In this document: positions 8,808 to 18,268 of the stretch, piece by piece
How the letters are laid out: every line of letters begins with the position of its first letter
Position numbering within the stretch: position 1 is the stretch's first letter
Assembly: GCA_945919455.1 (NCBI GenBank)
Contig: CAMEJH010000002.1
Location: 4,492-68,491 of the forward strand
Origin: an uncultured Clostridium sp.
GTDB taxonomy: Bacteria; Bacillota; Clostridia; TANB77; CAG-508
Direction: 5' to 3'
DNA length: 64,000 nucleotides
Position numbers and translations under genes: made by a program
Notes under the pieces: model-generated
What the model was told of the DNA's origin: nothing
Databases searched by the model: none
Seen by the model: only the letters and a program-made list of their open reading frames with translations

Positions 8808-10704
8808 ACATCTTCACCTCACATGCATATAATTCTTTTAAATCTGTTATAACCTCTATTTTAGTTCTTCCGTTATGTAATGGAATTTTAACTGCTTTTC
8901 CATTTTTTATTTCTGCTTTTGTTCCATTAACTACACAATCTATAATGTTTATATTATATTTTGTGTTAGAATCGTCTAAATAATACATTTCTAGTTCACA
9001 ATTTTTTTCTTCATATAATGAGTTAAATGAAATTACATATTTTCCACTTTTTTTGTCTACTACAAATAGTCTGTATTGCATTCCTTTTAATGGCACTATT
9101 CTTAATATTTCTTGGTCTCCCTCTTCATTAACTCCCTCTTCTGTGTCTGTGTCATGAGGGCCTCCTCCATGTCCATAATTTGTTCCATGTGGTACTGGTG
9201 AACCTTCTCCTGGTTCATGTGAGCCAATATCTGGCTGTAATGCATTACCATTTTCATCTTCTTCTATTCCTATTTTGCTTTTTGCTTTATTTTTTATTGA
9301 TTTTGAAATTGTTGGTCTTTCACCTACTATGACTTGGGTTTCTTCCCCTTCATCCATTCCATTATTTTCATCTACTTCTGGTAAATAATCACTTGCTCCT
9401 TCTATATCTAATTGCTCATTTTGGCTTGATGATAATACCTCATATATAAATTTTTGTATTTCTGTTTTTAATTGTTGAATCATGTTTGAAACTTCTTTTC
9501 TAAGCCCAATATCTTCTATTCTTTTTAATTCCCAGTCTGTGTGTTGTGGATTTTCTATGTCACGTAATGTCTTGTTTAAATCGTCGTCTTGTATTATGCA
9601 TATTGCAGAACATGGAATAGTTGATATGTTTTTAAATGATTTTATTTTCATATATGGATATCTGACCATTACACATTCATTTGTAGCAAGATATGATTCT
9701 TCTTTGTTGAATCCTTTTACATATATTTTTGCTTTTCCATATGTGTCTATTTCTATTTCTTTTGTTTGTACTCCTTCCGCTTCGGTTAATAATAAATATT
9801 GTGATTTTATATGTCTTTTTGCATTATTTAATATTAGTTCTTCACTGTTTACAATTCTCCTTAGAGTTTCTTTATTTATTACTATTGTATCAACTTTTAC
9901 TTCTAAGTCTCCAAAGATTATAGCAGCCATAAAGCTATCAAGTATTTTTGTGATTATTTCTTGTTTCCATGTTGGTTGTTCGTTAAATCCTAATATGTAT
10001 ATATCAGTTCCTGGTGTAGTTCTTGTAAAGTTTTTGTCAAGTTTTAATTGTTCCAACATAGGAGAGTTCTTTTCGTCACTTCCATAATATCCTATTCCTT
10101 GTGTTAGCTCGTCTGTTCCTGGCATTGTTGTTGAGCATAATTTTGATATTCCTATATATCCTACTTCGTTTTCAATGGTCTGTGTAGAATAAAATACAGT
10201 ATTAAAACCGCTTGCAACAAATGATGCAAATTTTCCTATACCTTTTGAACCACCACTTGTTCCTGTTTTATCTGTTATTCCACTTCCTTTTGTTAAAAGG
10301 TAAAATGCTGTTTGCCCTCTACTTGATACTCCTGTTAGTCCTTTTGTATTAAAGTCACTTATTCTTAAACATTTAATTTGTTCTCTTTTTATTGATGCAA
10401 GCATTTTTTCTAATTGTTCTGCATCTTTTATCTTGTTGTTGGCTTTTCGGTATTCTTTGCATGATGCAATTTCTTCTTCTAGCCTTTTTTCGCCTGGAAT
10501 GTCTTCTTTATTGATTTCAAATAATTGAAATTCTATTTTTACTTTGTCTTCTCCTTCTGCCTTTGCATCTATCGAGTTTTGACATGATTCTCTTGCTAAA
10601 GAAGCTATTGGGTCTTTTTTAAATGTTTCCATATCTGATGTATCTAATCCAAATTCTGTTGTATAGTTGTTACCTTTAAATCTCCATTTAATTTCTTCGT
10701 TCAT
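8791..10704 (-). CDS. GHKL-superfamily ATPase (HATPase_c_3/MORC/MutL-like Bergerat fold) with a C-terminal beta-rich domain
   Basis: N-box LARESCQNSIDA (ExxxNxxDA pattern of GHKL ATPases). Gly-rich G-boxes TGTSGGSKGIGKFASF. 637 aa. Starts 4 nt after the upstream gene's stop. Confidence 0.6.
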   Translation of the reverse strand: MNEEIKWRFKGNNYTTEFGLDTSDMETFKKDPIASLARESCQNSIDAKAEGEDKVKIEFQLFEINKEDIPGEKRLEEEIASCKEYRKANNKIKDAEQLEKMLASIKREQIKCLRISDFNTKGLTGVSSRGQTAFYLLTKGSGITDKTGTSGGSKGIGKFASFVASGFNTVFYSTQTIENEVGYIGISKLCSTTMPGTDELTQGIGYYGSDEKNSPMLEQLKLDKNFTRTTPGTDIYILGFNEQPTWKQEIITKILDSFMAAIIFGDLEVKVDTIVINKETLRRIVNSEELILNNAKRHIKSQYLLLTEAEGVQTKEIEIDTYGKAKIYVKGFNKEESYLATNECVMVRYPYMKIKSFKNISTIPCSAICIIQDDDLNKTLRDIENPQHTDWELKRIEDIGLRKEVSNMIQQLKTEIQKFIYEVLSSSQNEQLDIEGASDYLPEVDENNGMDEGEETQVIVGERPTISKSIKNKAKSKIGIEEDENGNALQPDIGSHEPGEGSPVPHGTNYGHGGGPHDTDTEEGVNEEGDQEILRIVPLKGMQYRLFVVDKKSGKYVISFNSLYEEKNCELEMYYLDDSNTKYNINIIDCVVNGTKAEIKNGKAVKIPLHNGRTKIEVITDLKELYACEVKMYANKE

Positions 10705-10707
10705 TGT

Positions 10708-13251
10708 TTATATCCTCCTTATTATAAACTCCGTTTTATTGTATGAATTAACTGTGTTTTCTACTTGAAATTTTTCATCTAAAAAGCTTCTTATTATCCC
10801 TATTAAAAGATATTTATTCCATGGTGTTTCTAATTTTGGTAGCATTGCATAACCATTAAAATTTTCTGTGCTTATACATTTATAGTTATCTAAAATTAAG
10901 TCTATTAATTTTTCTATTCTTTGTATTTGTTCATTAGTTATTTTGAATTTGTCTTTTCTAATCATAGTATCAATATTTATTTGAACATAGTCATCACTCA
11001 TATCTTCCATAAATGTTAAATAACTATACAATCCTCCAATATTCATCCTTTGTATATAATTTTGTATTTTTTCATGATTGAACATTTCCAAGCTTTGTGC
11101 ATATTCTTTTATGAGCATATCTGTTGTTTTAGTTATTTTTTCTTTGCTAATAAATGGTCTACTATAAAAGTAATCTTTATATAAGTAATTTATTATAGAA
11201 AATAGTTCAAAATGTCCTCGTTTTAAATGTAACTTGTCAAATAGTTCTTGGTTTGATATTCTTAATTTTGCATAAATTTTTCTTGATGATAATATTTTTG
11301 TATCAAATTGTATAAACATATTTTCTATATATTTTTTTAGTTCTTCTATTGTTTCTTTTTCAATTTTTAGTTTGTCAAAATAGATGTAGCACTTAGAATC
11401 TATTCGTATAAGTCCATTTTCTTTCTCACTGTATATGTAATTACTATATGTGTAATCATTTAATCCTGGAATTTTTTCTTTTATATCTTCAATAGAAAAT
11501 TCGCTTTCAAAGCTTTTGAAAGTATCTATTATCATATCTCTTGGAGTATAGTCCATTTCAGATATAGTTATATAGTCACGCTTTGTTGAAAATTCTTTTG
11601 GTAATTTGTCATCAATACATCCTTTTAAATAAAAGTAGTTGTCTATTCCATATTCTTCTAATTTTATTTTAAATTTATCAAATATTGTTCTATAATATAT
11701 GGTAGGTTGGTTCTCTACAATGAATTCTAATATTTCATTCAATAGATCTTCTGGTATTGACACACTATATTCTTTGACTATGTAAAGTCCTTTATCTTTT
11801 GTTATTAATTCTGCCCTTTCTATCATTCCTTGTATAGAACGCATAGATGGTATTTCTTCTAATTTTCCATATTGTTCTTCTACTTTTTGCATAAGAAGCT
11901 TATAGTCTTCTTCACTTCCTATACGGAATCCATTTTTAAATGTTTCTTTTATTTGGTATAAGTAAAGTTCGCTAAGATTCATTCCTTTCTTTATATATAA
12001 GTTTCCTTTATTTTTTCTATATTCTTTTTCTAATAATGTTTTTTGTATTTGGTTTAGTCGTTTTAAATCTTTTTCACTGATAAAATTTTCCATTGGTCTT
12101 AAGTTTTCTTTAGATATTTCTTCTATTGAAGTGTTTTTTTGATTATAAATAATTTTAAATTCATTATCATAAGTAATATCAAGCTCTTTTAACTCTAATA
12201 TCAAAAGTAAATATTGAAGCAATTCTTTATTATTTATTGATTTTGAGAATTCTTCTTCATTTACATATAATTCATCTTCTTTTATCAGATTTTTATATAA
12301 ACAATATGACAATATTTTAAAATTCTCTTTATATGATAGTATTTTATTTATTGCATTTTTTTCTAACTGCTTTGTTCTTTGTCTTGTAATGCCTATTAAA
12401 TTTCCCGTTTCTTCTAATGATAATCGTTTTTGTTCTTCATTATGATTATATCTTTTTTCTATTACAATTTTTTCATTTGGTTTTAATTTTTTTGAAATAC
12501 CTGAAATAATTTCTTCTTCTAACTGCTGATGTTTTATTCCTGTTTCTTTTAAAATTTTTTCAATTTCTTTTAGGTCATTTGAAAATATACATATTATTGA
12601 GTTTATAGAAACTTGTTTTAAGTCTTTTATTATATTTATGTTGTTTGAAAATAATATTTTTAATTGTAATTCATTATTTATTATTTCGGCTATTTCAAGC
12701 TTATCAAAAAATTCATCTATATCTTTGATTTTAAAGTATATATCCCTGTATATTTTTCTGGAATCTTTTACTATTGTATAATAATTAAAATAACAAATTT
12801 CTTTATTTTGATAATTGTTATTTAGCATGTCTAGAAGTGTTACATATTTTAGAGTTTCTTCTATATCACAATCTGTTTTTCTGATATTTTCATTTATAAA
12901 ATGATATAATTCTCCTTCTGTTAGTGTTTTATATTCATTTAACTTATTTTTAAATTTTTCTACTTTTTCGACACCTATTGCCTGATCTGCTAATAATTGA
13001 AATCCTTTTTTTTCTATATAGTTAAATTTATTCGCACAAAATGTATTTATTGCATTTGGCTTGATTAATTCTTTTCCATAAAAATTCCATAATGCTTTTA
13101 ATACATCTTCTTTTGAGAAATAATCCATTTTCCATAATTTACTTGCAATTAAATATTGAACGAATTCTTCTTCATATATTGTTTCGTTTTTTGTTTTGTT
13201 ATTAACTAGTTTTTCAATTACCTTTTTTTCATAAAATACATTACTTATCAT
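10708..13251 (-). CDS. large (847 aa) protein with an internal sigma-70 region-4-like HTH; no P-loop seen
   Basis: Segment KRYNHNEEQKRLSLEETGNLIGITRQRTKQLEKNAINKILS mirrors the sigma-70 region 4 pattern (LSLEEVGxxFGVTRERIRQIEAKALRKL). Start overlaps the upstream small gene by 4 nt. Confidence 0.5.
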   Translation of the reverse strand: MISNVFYEKKVIEKLVNNKTKNETIYEEEFVQYLIASKLWKMDYFSKEDVLKALWNFYGKELIKPNAINTFCANKFNYIEKKGFQLLADQAIGVEKVEKFKNKLNEYKTLTEGELYHFINENIRKTDCDIEETLKYVTLLDMLNNNYQNKEICYFNYYTIVKDSRKIYRDIYFKIKDIDEFFDKLEIAEIINNELQLKILFSNNINIIKDLKQVSINSIICIFSNDLKEIEKILKETGIKHQQLEEEIISGISKKLKPNEKIVIEKRYNHNEEQKRLSLEETGNLIGITRQRTKQLEKNAINKILSYKENFKILSYCLYKNLIKEDELYVNEEEFSKSINNKELLQYLLLILELKELDITYDNEFKIIYNQKNTSIEEISKENLRPMENFISEKDLKRLNQIQKTLLEKEYRKNKGNLYIKKGMNLSELYLYQIKETFKNGFRIGSEEDYKLLMQKVEEQYGKLEEIPSMRSIQGMIERAELITKDKGLYIVKEYSVSIPEDLLNEILEFIVENQPTIYYRTIFDKFKIKLEEYGIDNYFYLKGCIDDKLPKEFSTKRDYITISEMDYTPRDMIIDTFKSFESEFSIEDIKEKIPGLNDYTYSNYIYSEKENGLIRIDSKCYIYFDKLKIEKETIEELKKYIENMFIQFDTKILSSRKIYAKLRISNQELFDKLHLKRGHFELFSIINYLYKDYFYSRPFISKEKITKTTDMLIKEYAQSLEMFNHEKIQNYIQRMNIGGLYSYLTFMEDMSDDYVQINIDTMIRKDKFKITNEQIQRIEKLIDLILDNYKCISTENFNGYAMLPKLETPWNKYLLIGIIRSFLDEKFQVENTVNSYNKTEFIIRRI

Positions 13252-13489
13252 AATTCAAATCTCTTCTTTTCTTTTTTATTATCTTTTCTAAATTCTTCTC
13301 TTTGCTTGTCTAATTCCTCTTGAATTGCATTGAATATTGAATCTATTTGATCTTCTGTGTACTCATAAAAAGAAGAATTGGATAAATTATGTAGTTTTGA
13401 GATCAATTCTATTATTTTATTTGTTCGATTTTCTGCAATTCTTTTAAAATTTTCTTTTTTAGTATCCATTTTTATCTCCTTTTCCATGT
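13248..13489 (-). CDS. small charged protein (about 80 aa), first gene of the 5-gene operon
   Basis: ATG at 13489 with AAGGAG RBS 6 nt upstream. The longer ORF to 13520 lacks an RBS. Helical, Lys/Glu-rich. Confidence 0.4.
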
Positions 13490-13668
13490 ATATTTTAACA
13501 CATTCGGAAATATTTGTCAAATATTTTATAATTATTTGGTAATATTTTATAATTATTTTGTATTTTATAATGCTTTATTAACACAAAATATATTTTTTCA
13601 TTGAATAAAAACCAATGCTAACATGTAAAAATACAGTTGCACTGGTTTTATATTTACTAACTATTCCT

Positions 13669-14022
13669 TTATATTAACCTTTTCCAATTTTCTTCTTTAA
13701 ATCCAACAAAAATACCTTTATTTGATATTAATAATGGTCTTTTTATAAGCATCCCATCACTTGCTAATAATTTTATCTTTTCTTTGTCGCTCATAGTTGT
13801 CAATTTTTCTTTTAAGTTTAACTCTTTATATTTTACTCCACTTGTATTAAACCACTTTTTTATGTTTTGTTCACTACAATTTATCCATTCTTCCAATTCT
13901 TTAACTGTTGGTATTTCTTCAACTATGTTTCTATCTATAAATTCAATATTGTTTTCTTCTAACCACTTTTTTGCTTTTTTACAAGTAGAACATTTTGGAT
14001 ATTCTATAAAAATATTTTTCAT
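13669..14022 (-). CDS. ArsC/Spx-family (YffB-like) thioredoxin-fold protein
   Basis: 117 aa with N-terminal CSTC (CxxC) at the position typical of the ArsC/Spx family. Strong AAGGAGGGAAC RBS. Confidence 0.65.
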   Translation of the reverse strand: MKNIFIEYPKCSTCKKAKKWLEENNIEFIDRNIVEEIPTVKELEEWINCSEQNIKKWFNTSGVKYKELNLKEKLTTMSDKEKIKLLASDGMLIKRPLLISNKGIFVGFKEENWKRLI

Positions 14023-14037
14023 TAAGTTCCCTCCTTT

Positions 14038-15324
14038 TTATTCTGTTACTAAACTAATTATCCAATAAATCCATGATTTTATTGTTGATGCTCTTCTATA
14101 ATATGTAATATCACTGGTAATATTATATAATTTACATTCTCTCATATAATTTACAATTTCATCATCAGAAGGCATTTCTGATTTTTCAAAATATTTTTTT
14201 ATTGTCATATGAAAAACTTTATGTGATAATATTAATTTTACAAATTCTATTTGCCTTGATTTATAATTTAATTTTAATATTTGTTTTCCTAAATTAGTGA
14301 TTTCGAATTTTTTTATTTTAGTTCCTGACTTTTTAATTAATCCTAAATATATAGCTGCATCTGTATAATAATTAGTTTGCCTAGATACAAATTCATAATT
14401 ATTCGTTATTTCTTGTTTTTCTTTTTCAGAGTTTTGAAGCATTTCGCATAAGTTTATAACTCTTTCGAAATTGTTTGCTTGTGGAAATGAAACTGTTGGT
14501 TCTTGATCAAAATTTTTTATATTGTCTATTAAATTTTGTATTGTTCCTAAATCAATATTTGTATCTTCAATACTATATTTTTTACATTTAACTAATTCGA
14601 TAGAACTATATTCATTCTCTTTATTAAATTTATATTCAAATATTGTAAATATTCCATTAGAATATACTATATATATTGGTCGCACTAATTTTGTAACTTT
14701 TGACTTCCATAATCTATATGGATAATATAATTGTCTTACTAAAAAATCTTCTGCTACTACATTTTTAGCTTCAATTAAAGCTAAACTATTAGTTCCCTCA
14801 TATCCACCATCTATTTCTATTCTTGAATTTTCAACATTAATACTCATTTTTTTATTACTATTTATTTGGGCTATTTCAAAATTAAACACTCCCGAACCCA
14901 TCTTTCCACTTACTGTTGGTACTAATTCCTCTTCTCCCAAAAAGTCCTCAAGTATTTTTGTAATATATGCACAATTTAATGCCAAAGTTTCACTAGTTAT
15001 ATTATTATAATCTAAACTTTCTATATATGGAAGAAACTCAACTTTTTGTACTTCTTTTGGCATTCTTTCAAATTTTTTATAAGCATCAAATTTTGCTACC
15101 ATATAACTATTACTTGATATTGGTAAAATTGATAACTCATTCTTTTTTAATATTTCAGGAATACTTTCACTATTATCAAATTTAGTCATTAGTCTAGCTT
15201 CTCTAAATTCATTTATTTCTTTAGAAGAGATTTTAAAATATCCTTTATTTTTAATTTCTTCTAAAATGTTATATTTTTCAAAGATTTTTTCCCATGCTTC
15301 TTTATTAGTTGAACATCTAGACAT
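14038..15324 (-). CDS. putative Type II restriction endonuclease (PD-(D/E)xK), cognate to the adjacent Dam-family methyltransferase
   Basis: IEIDGGYEG...LALIEAKN fits a PD-(D/E)xK core. 8-nt start/stop overlap with the upstream MTase gene. Confidence 0.5.
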   Translation of the reverse strand: MSRCSTNKEAWEKIFEKYNILEEIKNKGYFKISSKEINEFREARLMTKFDNSESIPEILKKNELSILPISSNSYMVAKFDAYKKFERMPKEVQKVEFLPYIESLDYNNITSETLALNCAYITKILEDFLGEEELVPTVSGKMGSGVFNFEIAQINSNKKMSINVENSRIEIDGGYEGTNSLALIEAKNVVAEDFLVRQLYYPYRLWKSKVTKLVRPIYIVYSNGIFTIFEYKFNKENEYSSIELVKCKKYSIEDTNIDLGTIQNLIDNIKNFDQEPTVSFPQANNFERVINLCEMLQNSEKEKQEITNNYEFVSRQTNYYTDAAIYLGLIKKSGTKIKKFEITNLGKQILKLNYKSRQIEFVKLILSHKVFHMTIKKYFEKSEMPSDDEIVNYMRECKLYNITSDITYYRRASTIKSWIYWIISLVTE

Positions 15325-16174
15325 TATTTTTTACTAACACCTCTCTTACTTCACCTCTTGAATTACCATTACTGTTTATTGCTCTTTTGGCTTTAACTGA
15401 AATAATTTTATATTTTTCTGTATTTGCATATAATTTTCTAATAAACTCGCAATCAGAATTTGAAAGTAAAATATGAACACCTTTATCAGTCAATCTATCA
15501 CACAAACTTTTTAATCTTATCTGTTCTTCTTCTCCAAATCCGCTTTCATTATACCCAGTAAAATTTGAAGTTTTAGAAATTGGAGCATAAGGAGGATCAA
15601 AATAAACAACAGCTCCCTTTTTTATTCCTTTAACAGCACTTTCAAAATCTCCACTTAAAAAAGTTATATCAACATCATTAAAATATTTACTTACAGCTCT
15701 CAAACCAGCTTCGTTAATTATATTTGGGTTTTTATATCTACCAAAAGGCGAATTGAATTCGCCTACACTATTTACTCTATATAATCCATTATAACAAGTT
15801 TTATTAAGGTACAATATTCTTGCAGCTTTTTGAACTCCAGTTAAATTATTATATTTTTGTGGTATTCTGTCCAATTCTCTGATATTGTAAAAATTTTCTG
15901 ATGTATTCGAATATTTTTCTTTCTTTAGCTCAGATATTAAATCCTCTACATTATCTTTTATAACTTTATAAACATCTATTAGCTCATGATTAACATCATT
16001 TATTATAGCTTTTTGTGGTTGAATATCAAATAATACTGCCCCTCCTCCAACAAAAGGTTCATAATACATAGTATTTTTAGTTATTTTGGGCATATATTTT
16101 TTTATTTCTGGTAGTAATTGCCTTTTTCCCCCTACCCATTTTAAAACAGGCATAACCAATTTATTTTTTTTCAT
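15317..16174 (-). CDS. dam: Dam-family N6-adenine DNA methyltransferase (D12 class)
   Basis: LKWVGGKRQLL, FVGGGAV (AdoMet motif) and DPPY catalytic motif. 285 aa. GAGGAG RBS. Confidence 0.8.
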   Translation of the reverse strand: MKKNKLVMPVLKWVGGKRQLLPEIKKYMPKITKNTMYYEPFVGGGAVLFDIQPQKAIINDVNHELIDVYKVIKDNVEDLISELKKEKYSNTSENFYNIRELDRIPQKYNNLTGVQKAARILYLNKTCYNGLYRVNSVGEFNSPFGRYKNPNIINEAGLRAVSKYFNDVDITFLSGDFESAVKGIKKGAVVYFDPPYAPISKTSNFTGYNESGFGEEEQIRLKSLCDRLTDKGVHILLSNSDCEFIRKLYANTEKYKIISVKAKRAINSNGNSRGEVREVLVKNNV

Positions 16175-16330
16175 ATATATCTCCTCTTTTGAACTTTATA
16201 TATTTATATCATATTTTTTTGTTTTTTTCAAGAACTTTTGTTTTGTTGTAAATTTTTTTATAATTTGATCCATCTTTCTTTTCTAATCTATTGCTGATTA
16301 TATCACGCTTTTTATTATTAGTCTATAAGA

Positions 16331-17188
16331 CTAGACTGTATTTCTTATTATCTCACTTTCAAAATATTTTTCTTGAAAATTAGTTAATTCTCTTATTTCA
16401 CTATCTGTATATTCTTTTCCTTTAGGCACAATAATAAGTTTATCATCATCATCATTTGTTCTATTTATTACTGCTATACATTCTCCTTCAAACGTTTTTA
16501 GTGGTTCATCTATTCCTAAAATATAACAGTCTATTTCTTCTCCATCTTGGCTTTTAGTGTTAGGTATATATCCATAATTTACAGGATATATAAATCCATA
16601 TTTAGGATGTTTACTGTTTAATGGTCTATCTATTTCTGCTTTAACTGTTTTTCCTATAAATTGATATGATTCCCTTTGTTTTATTTCTAGTGCTTTGTTA
16701 TATTCTTCTATTCCAAAATCAACTGTTGGTACAATTTCTTTTTTATTATACATATTTATAAATTCTTCTATTGTTACCCACTTGCAATCTATAGATTCAC
16801 CATCTGGAAATGTGATTTCTTTTTCATTTATATCTTTTCTAAATAACCATAAATCTTTAAAATCTGCTGGTGGTCTGTCATCCCTTATTTCTTTCAAAAA
16901 AATTGCATCTTTTTTGGTAAATTGTATTCCTAGTTCTTCTTTTAGTTCTCTTATAATTCCCTCTAGACTTGTCTCTCCCGCTAAGATTGAACCTCCATTA
17001 CATTCCCACATTAATCCAAATCTTTTATGAGCTGCTCTTTTTGTTATTAAAATTTCTTTATTTGAGTTCATTATTATTCCAGTTACAACTAGGTGATATT
17101 CTCCTTTTTTTAGCTGATATGCATCTCTTTGAGCAATTCTTCCTGTTTTCTTTTTGTTTATATCATATATATCCCATAATTCGCTCAT
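16331..17188 (-). CDS. Nudix hydrolase fused to a C-terminal inorganic-pyrophosphatase-like domain
   Basis: Nudix box GETSLEGIIRELKEELGIQ. C-terminal NYGYIPNT and DGEEIDCYILG resemble family-I PPase motifs (NYGFIPQT, DGDPLDVLV). Confidence 0.55.
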   Translation of the reverse strand: MSELWDIYDINKKKTGRIAQRDAYQLKKGEYHLVVTGIIMNSNKEILITKRAAHKRFGLMWECNGGSILAGETSLEGIIRELKEELGIQFTKKDAIFLKEIRDDRPPADFKDLWLFRKDINEKEITFPDGESIDCKWVTIEEFINMYNKKEIVPTVDFGIEEYNKALEIKQRESYQFIGKTVKAEIDRPLNSKHPKYGFIYPVNYGYIPNTKSQDGEEIDCYILGIDEPLKTFEGECIAVINRTNDDDDKLIIVPKGKEYTDSEIRELTNFQEKYFESEIIRNTV

Positions 17189-17207
17189 ATAGTGCCTCCT
17201 TTAAAAT

Positions 17208-17681
17208 TTATTTCATGTCATCATTTATTTTATGTACTGGAAAAACCATTTCTTTAAGAATTTCTTTGATAACCTGTGGTTTTAATGGATATTCTTCTAT
17301 TTTGTCTAAATCTAACCATTCATATTGTAAATGTTCTTTTCCTTCCACATTTTTTATTGTGTCTGTTATTTTTTTGTCTTCTTCTCTTTTGAATTCTGCT
17401 TTGTGTACAAACATAATTTCATGGTATTTTCTGCCTTTCATTTCAAAAAAGTTTTCTATTGTAGAAATATATCCTGTTATTTCTATTTCTTTTCCCGTTT
17501 CTTCTATGACTTCTCTTTTTACTGTTTCTTCGGAATTCTCACCTATTTCAACTCTTCCTCCTAATAGTGCATAATGATCTGAATTAGCATTTTTATGTAC
17601 TAGTACTTTGTTATTGTGCATAATTATTACACCTGCCCTTATATTTAGTTTGTAATCTTCAACATCAATTGTAATATCCAT
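17208..17681 (-). CDS. Nudix hydrolase
   Basis: GGRVEIGENSEETVKREVIEETG matches the GX5EX7REUXEEXGU Nudix box. AAGGAG RBS. Conserved promoter motif upstream. Confidence 0.7.
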   Translation of the reverse strand: MDITIDVEDYKLNIRAGVIIMHNNKVLVHKNANSDHYALLGGRVEIGENSEETVKREVIEETGKEIEITGYISTIENFFEMKGRKYHEIMFVHKAEFKREEDKKITDTIKNVEGKEHLQYEWLDLDKIEEYPLKPQVIKEILKEMVFPVHKINDDMK

Positions 17682-17699
17682 TCTATTTATTCTCCTTTC

Positions 17700-17731
17700 T
17701 TATTTTCCACAATTATATCACTGTTTGTGAA
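17700..17731 (-). promoter_or_regulatory. copy 2 of conserved extended -10 motif AGTGATATAATTGTGGAAA with CACAAA/TTGTGG arms
   Basis: Exact 19-mer at 17704-17722, ~31 nt upstream of the Nudix start at 17681. Confidence 0.5.
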
Positions 17732-17756
17732 TTAATTGTAAATATATTTATCTTAA

Positions 17757-18140
17757 TTATATCTCAAAATCCCACAAACTTAGTTTTCCTTTTGCTTCTA
17801 TTGGATCATCAAAAACTTCTACATTTTCTAATTGCCAGCCATAGTTTTCTCTAAAGGAACTCTCTGTATATATATCTTTATTTTCTTTTAATAATATTTC
17901 TTTAAATTCTGGTGACATTTTTATACAATCTACTAATGTTACTTTTCCTAATATTTTTCCTGTTGGCATATTTTTTGGAATATATTTTGCTAATCTTTTT
18001 GTTGCTTCTTTGTCTATTTCTTTTCCTGCATGTATTAGCAAATCTCCTCTATATTTAGTTTGCCAACTTCTAAATTCGAATCTCTTGTCTTGCTGCATTA
18101 TTAGTGTTGCCCATGGTTGCTTTATTGTTAGTGTTTTCAT
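17757..18140 (-). CDS. ASCH-domain protein
   Basis: MKTLTIKQPWATLIMQ...EFR, the characteristic ASCH/PUA-like opening. 127 aa. Confidence 0.55.
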   Translation of the reverse strand: MKTLTIKQPWATLIMQQDKRFEFRSWQTKYRGDLLIHAGKEIDKEATKRLAKYIPKNMPTGKILGKVTLVDCIKMSPEFKEILLKENKDIYTESSFRENYGWQLENVEVFDDPIEAKGKLSLWDFEI

Positions 18141-18268
18141 AAGATTTCCTTTCTTTAATTTACATTATTCTTTACCATTTTTTTATTTTTTTCTCACACT
18201 ATTCTTATAAAATGTATTTATAAATTTTAAGGAAGTATATAATCATCAAAATTCTTTTTGAATCTTTT

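Noticed and set aside
9482-10087. 201-aa and 64-aa plus-strand ORFs inside the GHKL ATPase gene
   Set aside because: Antisense to a well-supported coding frame. Hydrophobic low-complexity sequences with no start context.
7151-13520. Assigning the 5-gene operon to BREX, DISARM, Dnd/Ssp or Mza
   Set aside because: The PglZ, PglX/MTase, SF2 helicase, PLD, cysteine desulfurase and AAA P-loop signatures expected for those systems are absent. Only the GHKL and sigma-r4-like motifs are secure, so it is left unclassified.
13489-13520. Longer start (13520) for the small first operon gene, and similarly 23964 for the AAA ATPase, 40720 for comEA, 49999 for the UPF0016 gene and 19590 for the island's first gene
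   Set aside because: The upstream ATGs lack Shine-Dalgarno sequences, whereas internal ATGs 6-9 nt downstream of GGAGG-like sites give N-termini matching the family starts (for example MERIKRED for the AAA ATPase and MSFFKNKK plus TM for ComEA).
16695-17574. Plus-strand ORFs of 111, 201 and 77 aa overlapping the Nudix genes
   Set aside because: Antisense artefacts of AT-rich minus-strand genes.
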